DNA from: Basidiobolus meristosporus CBS 931.73
Lineage: Eukaryota > Fungi > Basidiobolomycota
Assembly (NCBI GenBank): GCA_002104905.1
Contig: MCFE01000599.1
Span: forward strand, 1-54,685
Length of the DNA stretch: 54,685 nt
Direction: 5' to 3'
Shown here: positions 1 through 13,119 of the stretch, in pieces
Layout: each line of letters begins with the position of its first letter
Position numbering within the stretch: position 1 is the stretch's first letter
The notes under the pieces: generated by a model
Told to the model about the DNA's origin: nothing
Seen by the model: only the letters and a program-made list of their open reading frames with translations
Database searches by the model: none
Program-made: the position numbers and the translations under genes

Positions 1-1282
1 CGTAGACAGCCTTATCACCGAGCTCCTCCTCAATACGGAGGATTTGGTTGTATTTGGCAAGACGCTCGGAACGGCAAGGAGCACCAGTCTTGATTTGACC
101 AGTACGAAGGCCAACGACAAGATCGGCAATGAAAGTATCTTCAGTTTCACCAGAACGATGAGAAACCATTACTCCCCATCCATCCTTGCGAGCAAGGTTG
201 GCAGCGCGGATAGACTCGGTTACTGAGCCGATTTGGTTGACCTTCAACAAAAGTCCGTTACAGGCCTTCTTTTCGATAGCGGTTTGAATACGTTCAGGGT
301 TGGTTACAGTCAAATCATCACCAACAATTTGAGTGTTCTTGCCAACTTGAGCGGTAAGGTGGGACCAAGCTTCCCAGTCATCTTGGTCGAAGGGATCTTC
401 AATAGAGACGATTCCGTAATCATCGGCGAACTCTTTATAAAGTTTAGCCAAGTTCTCGCCTGAGAGCCACTTGCTCTTGTCAGAGTTGGCACTCTTGAAA
501 TCTAAATCGTATTTGTTCTCCTTGTAGAATTCGGATGCGGCAACATCCATACCAATCTTGACCTTGCCAGTGTAGCCAGCCTTATCAATGGCAGTCTTCA
601 ACAACTCAAGACCTTCCTTGTTGTCTTGGATGTTGGGGGCGAAACCACCCTCATCGCCAACGTTGGTGGCATCTTGTCCATACTTGGACTTGATGACGGA
701 CTTGAGAGCATGGTACACTTCAGAGCCCATCTTCATGGCTTCGGTGAATGATTTAGCTCCAGTTGGGAGAATCATGAATTCTTGCATGGCAAGCTTGTTT
801 CCAGCATGAGAACCACCGTTCAATACGTTGAAAGAAGGGACTGGGAGAACAAATGGTTGCTTGGATCCAGAAAGCTCAGCAATATGCTGATATAGAGGAA
901 TTCCCTTCTGAGCAGCGCCAGCATAAGCAGCAGCAAGAGAGACACCCAGGATTGCGTTGGCGCCCAACTTGGATTTATTCTTGGTACCATCCAACTTGAT
1001 CATGAATTCATCAATGGCCTCTTGGTTAGTGATGTCGATGTTGGCCTTAATGAGGGCGGGGGCAATGACATCCTTAACGTTGGCAACAGCTTTAAAGACC
1101 GATTTTCCCAGGTAGCTGGCCTTATCCTCATCACGAAGCTCCAAGGCTTCATGGATACCGGTGGAGGCACCGGAAGGAACGGCAGCGCGGAAGGTGCCTT
1201 TTTCGGTAGTAAGCTCAACTTCGACGGTGGGGTTACCACGAGAGTCGAAAATTTGACGAGCGTGAACCTTAGTGATAGCCAT
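1..1282 (-). CDS. ENO: Enolase (phosphopyruvate hydratase), 3' end runs off the window
   Basis: Manual translation from ATG at 1282 gives [26 protein letters not shown]...[10 protein letters not shown]...NGGSHAGN...DVAASEF...[11 protein letters not shown]...[10 protein letters not shown]...LLLKVNQIG...[14 protein letters not shown]...[28 protein letters not shown]. It is open to the window edge with no intron in the CDS. The ORF track missed it because no stop lies in the window. Confidence 0.98.
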   Translation of the reverse strand, partial: MAITKVHARQIFDSRGNPTVEVELTTEKGTFRAAVPSGASTGIHEALELRDEDKASYLGKSVFKAVANVKDVIAPALIKANIDITNQEAIDEFMIKLDGTKNKSKLGANAILGVSLAAAYAGAAQKGIPLYQHIAELSGSKQPFVLPVPSFNVLNGGSHAGNKLAMQEFMILPTGAKSFTEAMKMGSEVYHALKSVIKSKYGQDATNVGDEGGFAPNIQDNKEGLELLKTAIDKAGYTGKVKIGMDVAASEFYKENKYDLDFKSANSDKSKWLSGENLAKLYKEFADDYGIVSIEDPFDQDDWEAWSHLTAQVGKNTQIVGDDLTVTNPERIQTAIEKKACNGLLLKVNQIGSVTESIRAANLARKDGWGVMVSHRSGETEDTFIADLVVGLRTGQIKTGAPCRSERLAKYNQILRIEEELGDKAVY

Positions 1283-4200
1283 AATGTTAAGAGTGAATCA
1301 GGTGAAGCGAATGATTCTGCAGACAACTTCAGGTCTGCACATCAGCTTATATACAATAGCCCATCCAACGTTTCCCGATTACGCAAGTCATACCATGACC
1401 AACCATCTCAGGACATCTTACCCATCATTTGCAACATCGCCTATTTGATGCGAGCATCGTAATGGCCATTCTAATGATTCATTTTGCTGGTTTTCAGTAA
1501 CCTTTAAGATAAACATCGCCCCAGATTGGCTCATAATACTCGGCTCCATGTACAGCAAGATAGATGGTAAATACTGGATTTACAATTTCGATCTCTGATG
1601 ATGGTCTAGAGATCATAATCTCTTGGATTTCTGAGGCTATTTGAGGATCGTCGACTACTAATCCAATTACCTACGTCCGCGGCAATGAATCATTACTGGT
1701 AGGAAGCCAAAGACCTGGCTCTAGATCCCCATGCAGGGCATCTGGTAAATCGATGAGCGGGGCATGATTTTGGCGCGTATTTTCGTAACTACACCTGCTA
1801 CGAGATACTGCATCAGTGGTAACTCATGGTTTGTAGATATCAAAGGAGCAAAGGCATGCCCTCTGCTATCACTGGGAATACGGAAGCTCTGAGCCTCTAG
1901 GTCCTACCGGACCGGGCCAAACGATTTGACGTTCTCCAGAGTGATGGGCCAATCTACACTTTTCGAATTTATCTCGGAGTCAGTAATCCACGCGATATGA
2001 AGGACATATTGACCAAGTAGGTTTCTTTCTTACCCTGATCCAGGATTGGATCCTCTTGAATCCTCAAGCCTGTCTTGGATTTGAGCTCGTTGGTAAAGGT
2101 TGGCCTTTCTGTTGTGGGGAGCTGGCATCCCCAGCATTGGCATTTCACTTTTCGAAAGTGAAACCTGAATAGCCTAAACAGCCTCTCAGAGTGTGACAGA
2201 TGTCATGCAATATAATCATCCACCAAAATCTATACCAAGCGAATCCATTCGTAGATTCAATCCACTGATGATCACTAATGCGTACAAAGTAGTGACTCTG
2301 AAACAACGTACCTCTAATGCCAATGGCTTATGCAACGTCATCGATCTACATCACTACCTTGCCCATTACGATCTGGTTAAATCCCCAACTTTCGAGCAAT
2401 TTTTAGTGGTTACACCACAAAGTCAATTTGCCGCTCATTACCCGTCATCCCCCGACGCTAAGCATTAGGCAACACATGTACCATTCTACATAATGCTGAA
2501 ACAACATTTACATGATTCGCCCTTTATATTCGTAAATTGGACTTCTTTGACGCCGCCCATTGCCATCTATAAGCAAACCGATTCCGTAACATAACTTCAA
2601 TGCCAAGAAATTATATTATGAACTCGGTAATATAGATTCCCAAATTTGGCATTGACAACTATGCCGAAAGGTGCAAGACTGCCGGTGGTACAGAAAGGTT
2701 AGGGCATAATTGACCCCAGCCGCGAGCTGAAACATCGCTTTCAACCTTAACGAAAGCTAACCCACTTGGGTCGCTACGACGGCCATGGCCGGGATCGTGC
2801 ACTAGAATCAATACCACATGGTTCCGGTCAGAGGCGAAAATGGAACACAAGACCATTTGGTTTTAGCCCATCAGTACTGTCGTTTCTAATTTTGAAAATC
2901 CCTAGACGCTACTGACGAAAGTCAACCTCGTTCATCCTAATCATGTTCTCTGGTATCTGGTGCAATCAAATCCTGCTATAACCAGAAATCCCCCAATCTA
3001 ATGAGACAGATTCGGGAGTCCGTTGCTGAGCTCCCCGAGGTTGGGGAATCATGCGGCATGAAGAGTGAGTGCCAATGAACACTGATGGTGCAGAATCAAT
3101 TGACGGATTGAAATTCGATTTCTCCCCGATCCTCCGGTTCACGGTATTTGATAATGATCCTACCATTTCCAATTCGAAACTGGATCTGGTTGGATTTAAC
3201 TCAAATCCAATCAAGATCCACCAAAATCCCGCCTCGTACTACTTCCTGAATATGTTCGGTGTCAGCCTATCCAAATAAAACTGATAAAGTACCACTGGTT
3301 ACACTTGAGCCATAGCGCTTTGGAGCACTAATAGGCAACTAGACATCGCTGAAGTTCGCCGAAGGTTCGTAGGCTCCGCTTGTTATGGAGAGCACATTTG
3401 CCGAATGGGAAAAGTTGAAATTCTCTCGCCAAACTGAGCTTGAAAAGTGGTTGGCTATCCGTTTAGCACTATTAATCCAGCTAAATGGTAGGATTATGTA
3501 GGATCTGACACCATTCAGGATTATGTGGGCTGACGAGGGATGAGATAGCAAATGGCTTCCCAAATCACGCTACCTAAAGCGATATAGTTTGAATCGCTTT
3601 ATGATCACGTTACGCGTGTCTCAGATTTGGTGGATGCTCTAGATTCCCACGCTATTTAAAAGGAAACTCTTTCGCTCTCAACAATCCTCAACATGGGCAT
3701 CTTCCACTGTAGAGGTAATGTAACTCAAAAGTAACCCTCCTCATCCCCCAATATCAGAGCAGCCTAAGAGAGCAGCGATCTGTCTGGATCGGGTGGTGTA
3801 ATGCAGTGATTGATAACTCCTGACACAGTCTGTTGGGTCATCATCTAAGCCACCATGCTCTCCTAACTGGTGCGGTGATCTGCACGACTTATGGTCATTG
3901 TTTACAGTAGAGGTATCATCATTATCACTACGATCATTTGAATTGGCGTGGCTTGTGCTGGACTCTAAGAGTCCCAGTCTGTAAGTCGTAATACATGGTT
4001 TGGAGATCCCGAAATCTTAAACACCGGCTTGGAGATACCAACTGCTAGAATGAGGTTTAGGGAGCCCGCTTCTCCATAGCTGCATGGTAGATGTAGTTAC
4101 TATAGAGAAACTGGCAAATAGTATCACTAGTAATATGTGCAAACGAAGTACAGAATATATGCTGGCCTCTGAGACCTCAGAGCAGCTACCTCCATTTTTG

Positions 4201-5595
4201 GATTCGGCTCACTCAGATACTGCAAGGTAAACCCACCCAGAATCACTTGCAAGGGATCAAGCGTCATGCTACTGAATCTGGAAACGCACTTGGCTTTACA
4301 TATGTTTCGAAAACTACAAGTAATACGAACACCAATTGGCCCTGCCCTTCTACTACTTCTTGTCTTCAGATTATGCAGGCGTTTTACTACAGAGATTTTC
4401 TTTGATACTATATTCCATATTACCTCCTACCGCCGTGAGAAAAGACTCGAGATACCTGAACCAGCTGAATCGGAACGATTCGGCTATAATTAAACGAACG
4501 TTTGGGATTGACTTTTGGAATCGTCGAGTGGAAATAAATCACGTGCACTTCTGGAAAGATTAGGATATAGTGAAATATGTTGGGAGGTCATAGAGTTACT
4601 GTGTGCATGGGTTTGAGGGCTTTTTGGTCACTTTGGATTGTTGTCATCGACCATCACACTAACTCTTCCAGATTATAGTTTCATAAAGCAGATCGAAGAT
4701 TCTAAAAGCCAATCTTGGTTTCTGGCAGATTAGGTACAACCCGGAGTATACTACACCGACAATTGAGCACTATACTAACCACAGCAGAAGTAAGTGTGCT
4801 TTCCAAAGTTGGTTCGCACCCTTACGGGAAAACATTGGGACGATCCTGATTGAAACGCATGGAAGTTAATTAATGGCTGGTCTGAAGTTGAAAATGATGT
4901 TCCTATCTTACTTAGGCCTACTTCCTCCTTATAGAACCTGGATCAGAATATGCTGCGGGTTTGGCTGGGGTTTGTTAGATCGCATCTGGGCCATGGGTTT
5001 TGATGTTGGCCTTTCCACAGATCCATTAGCCTTTTACTTGACACTGTTACCTATAAATGTTGAGAATTGGTTTTACAGTGCAGTATTGGATCCCTAAGCA
5101 CCGAAACCAGTTTTCGTTAGCTCATAAACCGCTAGGCCTTTATATCCTAAATGTACCGTTTCCTGTTAGCATTACCTGGGATTCATTTCTATTTCTCACC
5201 ACACCAACTGCCAAGTAATAGCTTATTCTTTCACCTTACTTAAAACTGAGTATTCGGTATTGCTCACTGCATAGAAGAGGGCCAGTGGTCAGATCTCCTA
5301 TTTACGCATCAAGTGGAAAGCCAATAATATGCATACAACCCACAGTGTAAACTGGAATCTTAAATACAAACCTGGCCATTTTCTCAATGATCTTATACAT
5401 CACTATTACAAGACTCTCCGAAGGCATAAATAAATTGCACGGGCTTAGCCATTGCTCAATTTGTTTGCCTGGTTTAGCAATTTCAAGCATCACCATAAAT
5501 CTTTGAGATGCCCTTGAATGTTCCACACTGCTTTTCTTGTTTCTTTGCAATATGTCCCTCCCAGTATCAACAATTTAGTGCTCAAATATTGTTGG

Positions 5596-5941
5596 TGTTG
5601 TAAGAGTTTTGGAGATGTTGGAAGTGATTGGGAGAACATGTAGATCATGTGACTTTCACTTGATAATTTATTGAATGTAAAAGTAGTACATATACTCTTA
5701 CATGGTCTTGGCAAAACAAACACGTAGAATATGCTTACGAAAATCTCAAGTACAGGTGCGCAAAGTTTGGGGCTGTTTGGACAACTTATCAAAATCTCAT
5801 ATTCTGGACACCTGATATTTTGGTATAATATTCCCAGTTAATCCCAACAAGGAATTTGGTCAGAATTCTCTAAGATTTCTCGGTATTGATTTAAGTGACT
5901 AAGTTAGGTGAATATTTAGGTGTAATTACAAAATTACAACA
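5596..5941 (-). mobile_element. Diverged solo LTR of the Ty1/copia family found at 42-54 kb
   Basis: Reverse complement aligns by eye along the whole family LTR, with TGTTGTAA/TTACAACA ends. Flanks are GTTGG and ATTGG (5-bp TSD with one mismatch). Confidence 0.88.
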
Positions 5942-6509
5942 ATTGGGAATATGTATAAACTTAATTCTTTATCCAGGGTTTGTGGAGTGCTCAAACAAAG
6001 TTACAAATCGATTGACCTACTATTTGTTCATGAGAATATTGAGCGCAGGTGGAAAATTAAGATCATCTGGAGATCATCAAAAAGCTATAGACTGAAAATA
6101 TTGAGTTACATCCTAGTAATGGAACACAAGCTACGGTATTAAGATGGTGTGTTTAAAAATAACATTAGCTTTGTAGATCTTGCCGGCTTAGTTAGCTGGT
6201 ATATATTACAAGATTTATCTCCTAAACTGAATAGTAACAATTTAGCAGTTAGAGGAGTTGAAGAATAGAATAGCTTATTTTGATGATATATTGCCAATTG
6301 ATATCACAGAGGACAACTTTATGTGAGCTTCTTGCATCATATCTCAGCCAAGTAATATATACCACAGATTCATGGGAGAAATTAGTACCTGATACTCATA
6401 CAGCTAAGATTTACCTAATAGAAACGTGCATAATCAATGTGGCTTCATAAACCAAACTCTATAGTGCCCAATAAACATATTTCCCATCAGCACTATCTCC
6501 TGAGGGCAT

Positions 6510-6813
6510 TGTTATAAGAGTCTTGGAGATATTGAAAGTGAGCATTCACAAATAGATTATGTGGTTTCTGCTTAATGATTTATTAAATGTAAAATTGGTA
6601 TTTATACTTTTATATAATCTGGGCAGTAGAAGCACCTAAAATATGCTTTGGAAGATCCCATGAGCATGTGTGCCTAGTTTGGGGCTGTATTGAGTAACCT
6701 CAAGATTCTTCATGTCTTGGGTACCTAACATTTTGGTTAAATACTCCAAGTAAATCCTAACAAGACTTTGAACAACTTAAAGAATAAGGTGTAATCACAA
6801 AATTTACAAGACA
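6510..6813 (-). mobile_element. Degenerate, internally deleted LTR relic of the same family
   Basis: Blocks such as aagagtcttggagatattg, tagattatgtggttt, ttggggctgt and gggtacct match the LTR. No clean TSD. Confidence 0.75.
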
Positions 6814-7071
6814 TTGTATATTATGATGCCCATGCCAATAATGCTGAAGAAACTTTTTATGAAGTAATACACAGTGTCATACAGTTCAAACCTTGGACTA
6901 GTAGCTTACAGAATACTTCTGTTTTAAAGAGTGTGAGCAGTGGGTACTGGTACTCACAGCAAAGTGATAATTTAATTTTATAGCTATAACCCTTGTAATC
7001 AAAGATTGGTACAAGATTCAATCAAATGCAATTGAGTTGAAGCTGCATGACTTCACACTTGAGCTCAAGGT

Positions 7072-7418
7072 TGTTGTAAATTTTGTAGTTGCACCTAAAT
7101 AGTCCCCTAACTTAGTCACTTAGATCAGTATCTAGAAATCTTAGTGAATTCTCACCAAGTTCCTTGCTGAGATTTACTGAGAATAATATACCAAAATATC
7201 AGGTGTCCAGAGCATGAGATTTGAATAAGTCATCCAGACAGCCTCAAACTTTTCACACGTGTTCTTAGGATTTTCCTGAACATATTTTATGTGTTTGTTT
7301 TGCCAAGACCATGTAAGAGTATAGCTACCACTTTTACATTCAATATATGATTAAGTAAAAACCACATACTCTACTTGTTCTCCCAAACTCTTCCAATATC
7401 TCCAAGACTCTTGCAACA
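7072..7418 (+). mobile_element. Diverged solo LTR of the same family
   Basis: Runs from tgttgtaaatttt through cctaacttagtcacttagatc and ccaatatctccaagactctt to tgcaaca. Full length, about 347 bp; TSD unclear. Confidence 0.88.
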
Positions 7419-7920
7419 CAAGTAAATAGCAAGTTGCCACTAAACCCACTGCTGGTATTCATGTAACATCATAGAGTATCAGGATGTAGTAATTAGATAT
7501 ATTTGATTAACAAGTAAAGCCCTGATCCATATATATTGCATTTGATGACCTTCTTGGTGTATTCATATGATTATGCTCACTACAATTCCACTAACCAGTC
7601 ATAGTTTTTGTATTAACATTTAAATACCTGTATAAAATGGATCATTATAAATAAGCCAAAACTTGCTCCAAGTGCTCCTGGGTGTTTCCTGGGCACGCTC
7701 TATCTAGAATGACCTGACATAACTATCACTTGTTTATTCAGTAAATTGTCAAGTAAGAGATACATGCTCAACTTATTGCCAATTGCATTGAATGTCTCTC
7801 AAGTCCCAGTTCATGTACCACTATAATTGATATACTTTTTTTCTAAATGAATGTAACACTCATAAGCTTACTATGGCTTGTAGCTAAATGAAGGTTCATA
7901 AATGAATGCACGGGCCGTCA

Positions 7921-8105
7921 TGAAGGCTTTGAAGATATTTAAGGTGATTTAGAAATATAATCAATATGTGGTTCCACTTGATGAGTTATTGAATGCGAAA
8001 GCGGAATTGTATTTACATGTACTGGGCAAAATACACATAGCGTATGTTTAGGAAGATCCTAAGAGCATGTGTGTAAAATTTCGAGCCTTTTGGCCAACTT
8101 TCATA
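7921..8105 (-). mobile_element. Highly decayed partial LTR
   Basis: Patchy similarity to the LTR (tatgtggttccactt, ttattgaatg, ggaagatcctaagagcatgtgtg). Confidence 0.55.
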
Positions 8106-9046
8106 ATTTTCTTTATGTAGGTTACAGCAAAGCATTAGGACCGGAAATAGGAAAGGAAATAAATCGGGATGCAAGTGTATAATTCAGTGTAAATACAAAA
8201 TTTGCAACATAGGTTACACCCTATTTGTCTAATTTGCACTAGTTGGAAGATTTTTCAGGGGAAAGTAGGTAGTGGTAGTTGTTGAATGTATTATCATCAA
8301 GATTCGATAATTTAGATAAAATATATTTCAGAGCTAGAGCGCATTGTGAAGGACTAGCAATATTCTGACTAGAATATCATCCAAAGACAAATAGTTGATC
8401 TGAAATATTAATACGAGCAAAGAACCTGCACGTTTCTCATACTACCAGTCTATCCACTCGAGGCAGAGTCGCTGAAATGATGCAGAATAGCCAACAATAT
8501 CACTTACTAGCTAATTTACAAATCCATTAGGCTCAGCCATAATAAGACTATAAGTCCAGACCAAGTACCACACAGTTCGTATGCTGTATACAGTGATTGC
8601 ACGTTCACTTCTCTTCTACACATGCTCCACATCTTTGTGGCCGTCCAAGTTGCTCGCCACCAAGTAACCATAGGTTTACAAGCTGCATAGTGTCTTCCGC
8701 AAATTAACCTTGATCAAACATAAAGTCATGATGAATTTGATCCCGTGGTTACACCGATTGTGCCAAAAAAATCGACAAATGGGGGAATTGACCGGCTGAC
8801 CAAATATGGAAGTGGATGAAATACACGTGATCAGGTACATCGGGCAACGAGTGCTGATGGCCGATGTCGTTTATCATCCATGGGACGCACAGCAATTCAC
8901 AACATACAACATTTATTTCAATTAAACTAATTGATGAACTGAACAACGCCTACATCTCCAAACCCGCGACGTATTAAATGACAATTGATATATACTCAAA
9001 TATAAACACTTTTCTTGGTTGGAAGCTGAACGCTCCTAACTTTCCT

Positions 9047-10534
9047 TTAAAATTTCTCTTTACGCAACCAACGATTGATCATATCGAGAGCATTCTCAGG
9101 TTGGTCGTAGGGCACCATATGACCAGCACCGAAGACACGCAAGAATGTAAGATCCCCAGCAGTCCTAACCTCCCCAGCTGGAGTCCCGTCAACTGTCCAG
9201 TTTGTATCCTTGGCCTTGCTGAACTTCTTCTTGCCACTCCAATCTAACTCCATGGTCCATGCTTTGTTGCCATACCAGTTACAGATGTAGTCGGCATCTC
9301 CGGCGAATACAAGCACCTTGATTCCATCTTCAAGAAGAGGTGGGATGGAGAGGTGGTATGGCTTCATCCAGTCTCCAGCCAACAGGAATCCGTAGTATAC
9401 CGACATCTCACAGGACTTGAAGCTACTTACTTCAGCACCGAGCTCCGACATGATCTCCGGGCGGTTCAGGTACTTGGTCAAGCCATTCAAAATTGAGTAG
9501 CAAAGCTCGGCGCCTGGCTCGCATTTGGTACGGATATCGTAGATATTCAGTCCAGATGATTGGAAGGGCTGGATCAAGTTTTTGTTGCAATAGAAAGTCG
9601 GAGGAACGCATGAAAGGGAGTTGGAGCGATCGTAGCATGATTGGATCATGTTGGCACATTGCGGGTACGATTGGTCCATTTGGCGGCAAGCAGATTGGGA
9701 TAGAACCTTGATTCCATAGGAGTTGTCACATGCCATTTTGGAGTAATACTTGTATTGGACTAACGGATCGGTCAATCCGTTTCCAAGGCCAATACTTTTT
9801 AGGTTGACCGGCTTGAATTTGTTATTGGCTTTCTTGTTGTTATCGTGAATGGTTTTGCCGATGGCTGGAACATAATGGCCGCCGTACGATTCGCCGAAAA
9901 CGTGGAAGTCCAAATCGGAGTATTCAGGGTACTGCTTGAAGAACAGCTGGAGGAATGCGTAGACATCCTCACTGGCAGCCAAGGAGCCGTAAGTCTTGCT
10001 ACCATGAGAATACCCAACGTTCAAAGGTTGGTCCAGGAAGATGACACTGGCGTTATTGTTCCAGGAGTGGGGGTTAAACTCGGTTCCTGAGCCGTCCTTT
10101 CTGACTCTGCAAGGGCCCAACTCCATCAAAAGGCCAGTAAACGAGGAGCAGCCTGGACCGCCATTCAGCCATAGAATGATGGGGTCATTCTTGGGGTCGT
10201 TGCGAGACTCGAAGAACCAGAAGAAGAAATGCTTGTTGCTATCGACGTCCAAATAGCCAGAATACTGCTTGACCGAGGTATCGCAGAGCTGGGGCTGTTT
10301 AACGCGTAGTGCATAACCTTCAAGCGATTCGTGGGTGGCAATGGAGATCCATTGATTGTTGCTGGCATGGCTACTAGCTGGACCCATTCCAAACTCATTC
10401 TCCAGCTCATCGAGCAGCGAATGGCCGGCCTGGAAGGCCATCTGCTGTGGAGACTTCATAACATACTGATACGCGTGCGTGGAGCCAACGTACAGAGAGC
10501 ATAGTAATGCGGCAACTGGTTTCCACCCCTTCAT
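9047..10534 (-). CDS. PRC1: Serine carboxypeptidase S10, carboxypeptidase Y-like, intronless, 495 aa
   Basis: Signal peptide and pro-region followed by YSGYL, WFFESR, WLNGGPGCSS, DQPLNVGYS, the GESYGGHY catalytic Ser, GNGLTDP, GDADYICNW and the GHMVP catalytic His. Confidence 0.96.
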   Translation of the reverse strand: MKGWKPVAALLCSLYVGSTHAYQYVMKSPQQMAFQAGHSLLDELENEFGMGPASSHASNNQWISIATHESLEGYALRVKQPQLCDTSVKQYSGYLDVDSNKHFFFWFFESRNDPKNDPIILWLNGGPGCSSFTGLLMELGPCRVRKDGSGTEFNPHSWNNNASVIFLDQPLNVGYSHGSKTYGSLAASEDVYAFLQLFFKQYPEYSDLDFHVFGESYGGHYVPAIGKTIHDNNKKANNKFKPVNLKSIGLGNGLTDPLVQYKYYSKMACDNSYGIKVLSQSACRQMDQSYPQCANMIQSCYDRSNSLSCVPPTFYCNKNLIQPFQSSGLNIYDIRTKCEPGAELCYSILNGLTKYLNRPEIMSELGAEVSSFKSCEMSVYYGFLLAGDWMKPYHLSIPPLLEDGIKVLVFAGDADYICNWYGNKAWTMELDWSGKKKFSKAKDTNWTVDGTPAGEVRTAGDLTFLRVFGAGHMVPYDQPENALDMINRWLRKEKF

Positions 10535-11155
10535 GTTGGGAAAGTAAGATAAAGAGGTTAGATATTAATGCTTCCAGGACCGATGGGCGAAGTGAGGTTA
10601 AATAGCTCAGAAAAATCGCGATCAATATAATCGAAAAGGTTTTTGCGTAATCGAAATCAGGCGCACTTTATTGGTAACTGGCAGATTGGTTTGAAATGAA
10701 TACATAAAATGCGGCAATTCAGGGATCCTCGACGAAAATGGTAGCCTGACGTTTGCCATGACAATGATTTACCCATTGGTCAAGGGTGGAGAAGTCATGC
10801 GATTCAAGCTAAACTTTATATTGAGTGCTTCAGTAATCAATCGAAATGCTCATATACGAATCCGCAATACCAATCATATGAGCCAGTTTCAGCGAAATCA
10901 AGCCACAGGATACGCGATGGCTTTCATGCATTCCGGTGCAAGTGAGTCACCAAACTAAGACAATGTCATCATGCCAATATTGATGTAAGACTGTACCGAG
11001 AGTGTGACAAAGGCATTATTTATTATCTAGTCATATGGGCTTCTCTGATCCCGCTTGATATGTGAGGTTGGCATGTCCAGGATGGAATAGGTGATATTGG
11101 CATGCGATTGCTTGATCATCTGAGTCCATGAATTCATGGTCCGCTTACTCGCTTA

Positions 11156-12163
11156 CTACACGGAATACAAAATATTGGCCACCACGAGCATCAACCAGCC
11201 CCAGTACCCCGCACTTTGACGGTTCGCTAACCCAATGGTGTATAATGGCTGGCCTGGTTCAATAGGGGAGTTTACTACGTAAAGCACGCCGTTGCTTAGA
11301 AGTCTATCTGATTGAAGGATCTTGACGTTGTCGATGTATATATTTGACTGGGAGTCTCTTCTGATCAACATCGGCATTCTGCTTTCAGTCCAGATGCTGT
11401 AGCCATCTTGCAAGTCTCTAGAGTAGATTCTGCTGGAAACAACGTGGTTCCGAACAAACGCCTCCAGAGACTTGACATCACTTAGGGATGTCTTTGACAA
11501 TGCCTCGTTCGTAGGCGCGAAAACCGTCAAGTTTTGCGTATGTTCTAAAGTGCTTGCCAAACCCGATAAGCTCAATATGTTCGAGAAAGCGGTGAGATTG
11601 AGACGATGGAGGGACTTGGCAAGCGTGGCTGGTGGCGTTAGGACTCTATCGATTTTCAGTATGATTCCGTTTCCTGTTTCAATCTCTTCGGTGGCAATTT
11701 TCCCTCTCTTCTTCCCATCGGTCACTTCGATTTTGGTGTCCTTATTTCTCGCGGAAGCCGCCGTACGATTGTAGATACCTAGATATTGTTTGTCGTTAAC
11801 CACCGTAGAGTTGAGAATGGTCGGGAGGAATTGCGGGTTGGATTGTAGGTCAGCATAATGGTGGCGCCCTCGCACTATGTGATAGCGAAGTAGATCCACA
11901 GTATCGTTGGTTAAGCCCAACCCTAGATTCGTGGAGTCGAATGCCTCGTCGGTAGGTGCGAATATGGTGTATTCTTCCAAACCTACTAGCAAATCGGCAA
12001 TCGGCCTGGTGATATCCAGACTTGTTAATGCCGAGAAGGTGGTAAGAGTGGAGTCTGAGTCAATCGCCTCTTGAAGGGTGAATCGTATCCTTTGAGATGA
12101 ACATGCTATAATGAAGTAAACTTTACAGAGATATACGAAGTGTACTAAAGAAAGATGCACCAT
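11156..12163 (-). CDS. Fasciclin (two FAS1 domains), secreted and probably GPI-anchored
   Basis: H1 motifs YTIFAPTDEAF and LTVFAPTNEAL, LLRYHIV / FVRNHVV, and H2 motifs TGNGIILKIDRVL and LSNGVLYVVNSPI. The N-terminus is hydrophobic from ATG 12163 and the C-terminal tail is hydrophobic. The ORF track uses an upstream non-ATG start at 12250. Confidence 0.9.
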   Translation of the reverse strand: MVHLSLVHFVYLCKVYFIIACSSQRIRFTLQEAIDSDSTLTTFSALTSLDITRPIADLLVGLEEYTIFAPTDEAFDSTNLGLGLTNDTVDLLRYHIVRGRHHYADLQSNPQFLPTILNSTVVNDKQYLGIYNRTAASARNKDTKIEVTDGKKRGKIATEEIETGNGIILKIDRVLTPPATLAKSLHRLNLTAFSNILSLSGLASTLEHTQNLTVFAPTNEALSKTSLSDVKSLEAFVRNHVVSSRIYSRDLQDGYSIWTESRMPMLIRRDSQSNIYIDNVKILQSDRLLSNGVLYVVNSPIEPGQPLYTIGLANRQSAGYWGWLMLVVANILYSV

Positions 12164-13119
12164 TTTTACAAGTATCGCAGTAGTAATTCCTGGCCAGCCA
12201 CGACATTCCAAGGTGATATTTAAATCTGACGAGAACCGAGGTTTCTCCACACTTCAGCTCTAGTCGGATTGCGACCCCACTTCTCGAGAGCTTTCAAGGT
12301 GAAGCACGCATTCTGCTTCACTTTGTATCCGTGAAGAACTCCAGGTTGCTTGTTTTCCGTGGACCATGGTCTGGAGACGCCATCTCCATACATGGAATAC
12401 TGCATTCTCCAGGCAGCCATGAGGTTGACGTACTGGGTTGGATTGTGCCAAGTCCGCACAACATGGCATTGGAGAATAGCTGCCACTTCGGGATAAATTG
12501 CGAATCCGACGCTGCTCAAGATAATGCTCAGCGGAGTATGGAAACTCAATTAATGCTCAGCTGTCACCAATTTCGAAATCGGAGGCTCTGACACGATGGA
12601 AAGTCAGGGGTATAATCCAGGAGTTATGTTTCAAGTTTACTGCCAACTACATTAGGAAACACATGGCAATGGCCTACTTCTCCTTAATATTATCACTTGG
12701 ATCCTTGGCAAGCCATACCCGTTCCAGATCACCATGCCCCTTACGCCTTGATCTATGCATACTACATATGCTTGTTCATGGTTTTGAAGTCAAATGACCT
12801 GGCGAGGCGTGGATCATACGGATTCAGTTACAGCCTCAACCGATGTACACAACCTCACTTGAGTACTGCTTGTTTGGAATGAGATCAATTTTGGATGCCA
12901 CAGAGGCTGTTTATTGTTGACTGAAACGGTTCTGGAACAGTGATTATTGACTTGTTTACAGGAAACTTGATATATAGCCCTACACGTGGTTCAAAAGATC
13001 TATAAGAATTCTCAAAGTGGCAAGGGGCAACGTAGTGTCTACTCCAATACCTCAAATATTATGGTTATGAAGGGGGGACTATCTTGGTATTGAGTAACAA
13101 ATATCGCCACAAGCGGAGT

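Noticed and set aside
1000-1462. ORF-track calls of 108 and 146 aa near the enolase start
   Set aside because: Alternative-frame or antisense shadows of the codon-biased enolase CDS.
1335-1470. Upstream MAITMLAS... mini-ORF and possible 5' UTR intron of enolase
   Set aside because: The resemblance to the enolase N-terminus is only a few codons, and no splice choice I tried places it in frame; needs transcript data.
1500-5200. Intergenic stretch that might hold old retroelement debris
   Set aside because: No gag, RT or integrase motif could be identified in any frame I read.
5951-6142. ORF with KSIDLLFVHENIE, vaguely like copia RNase H KHIDIRYHFVRE
   Set aside because: Too short and divergent, with no flanking RNase H motifs.
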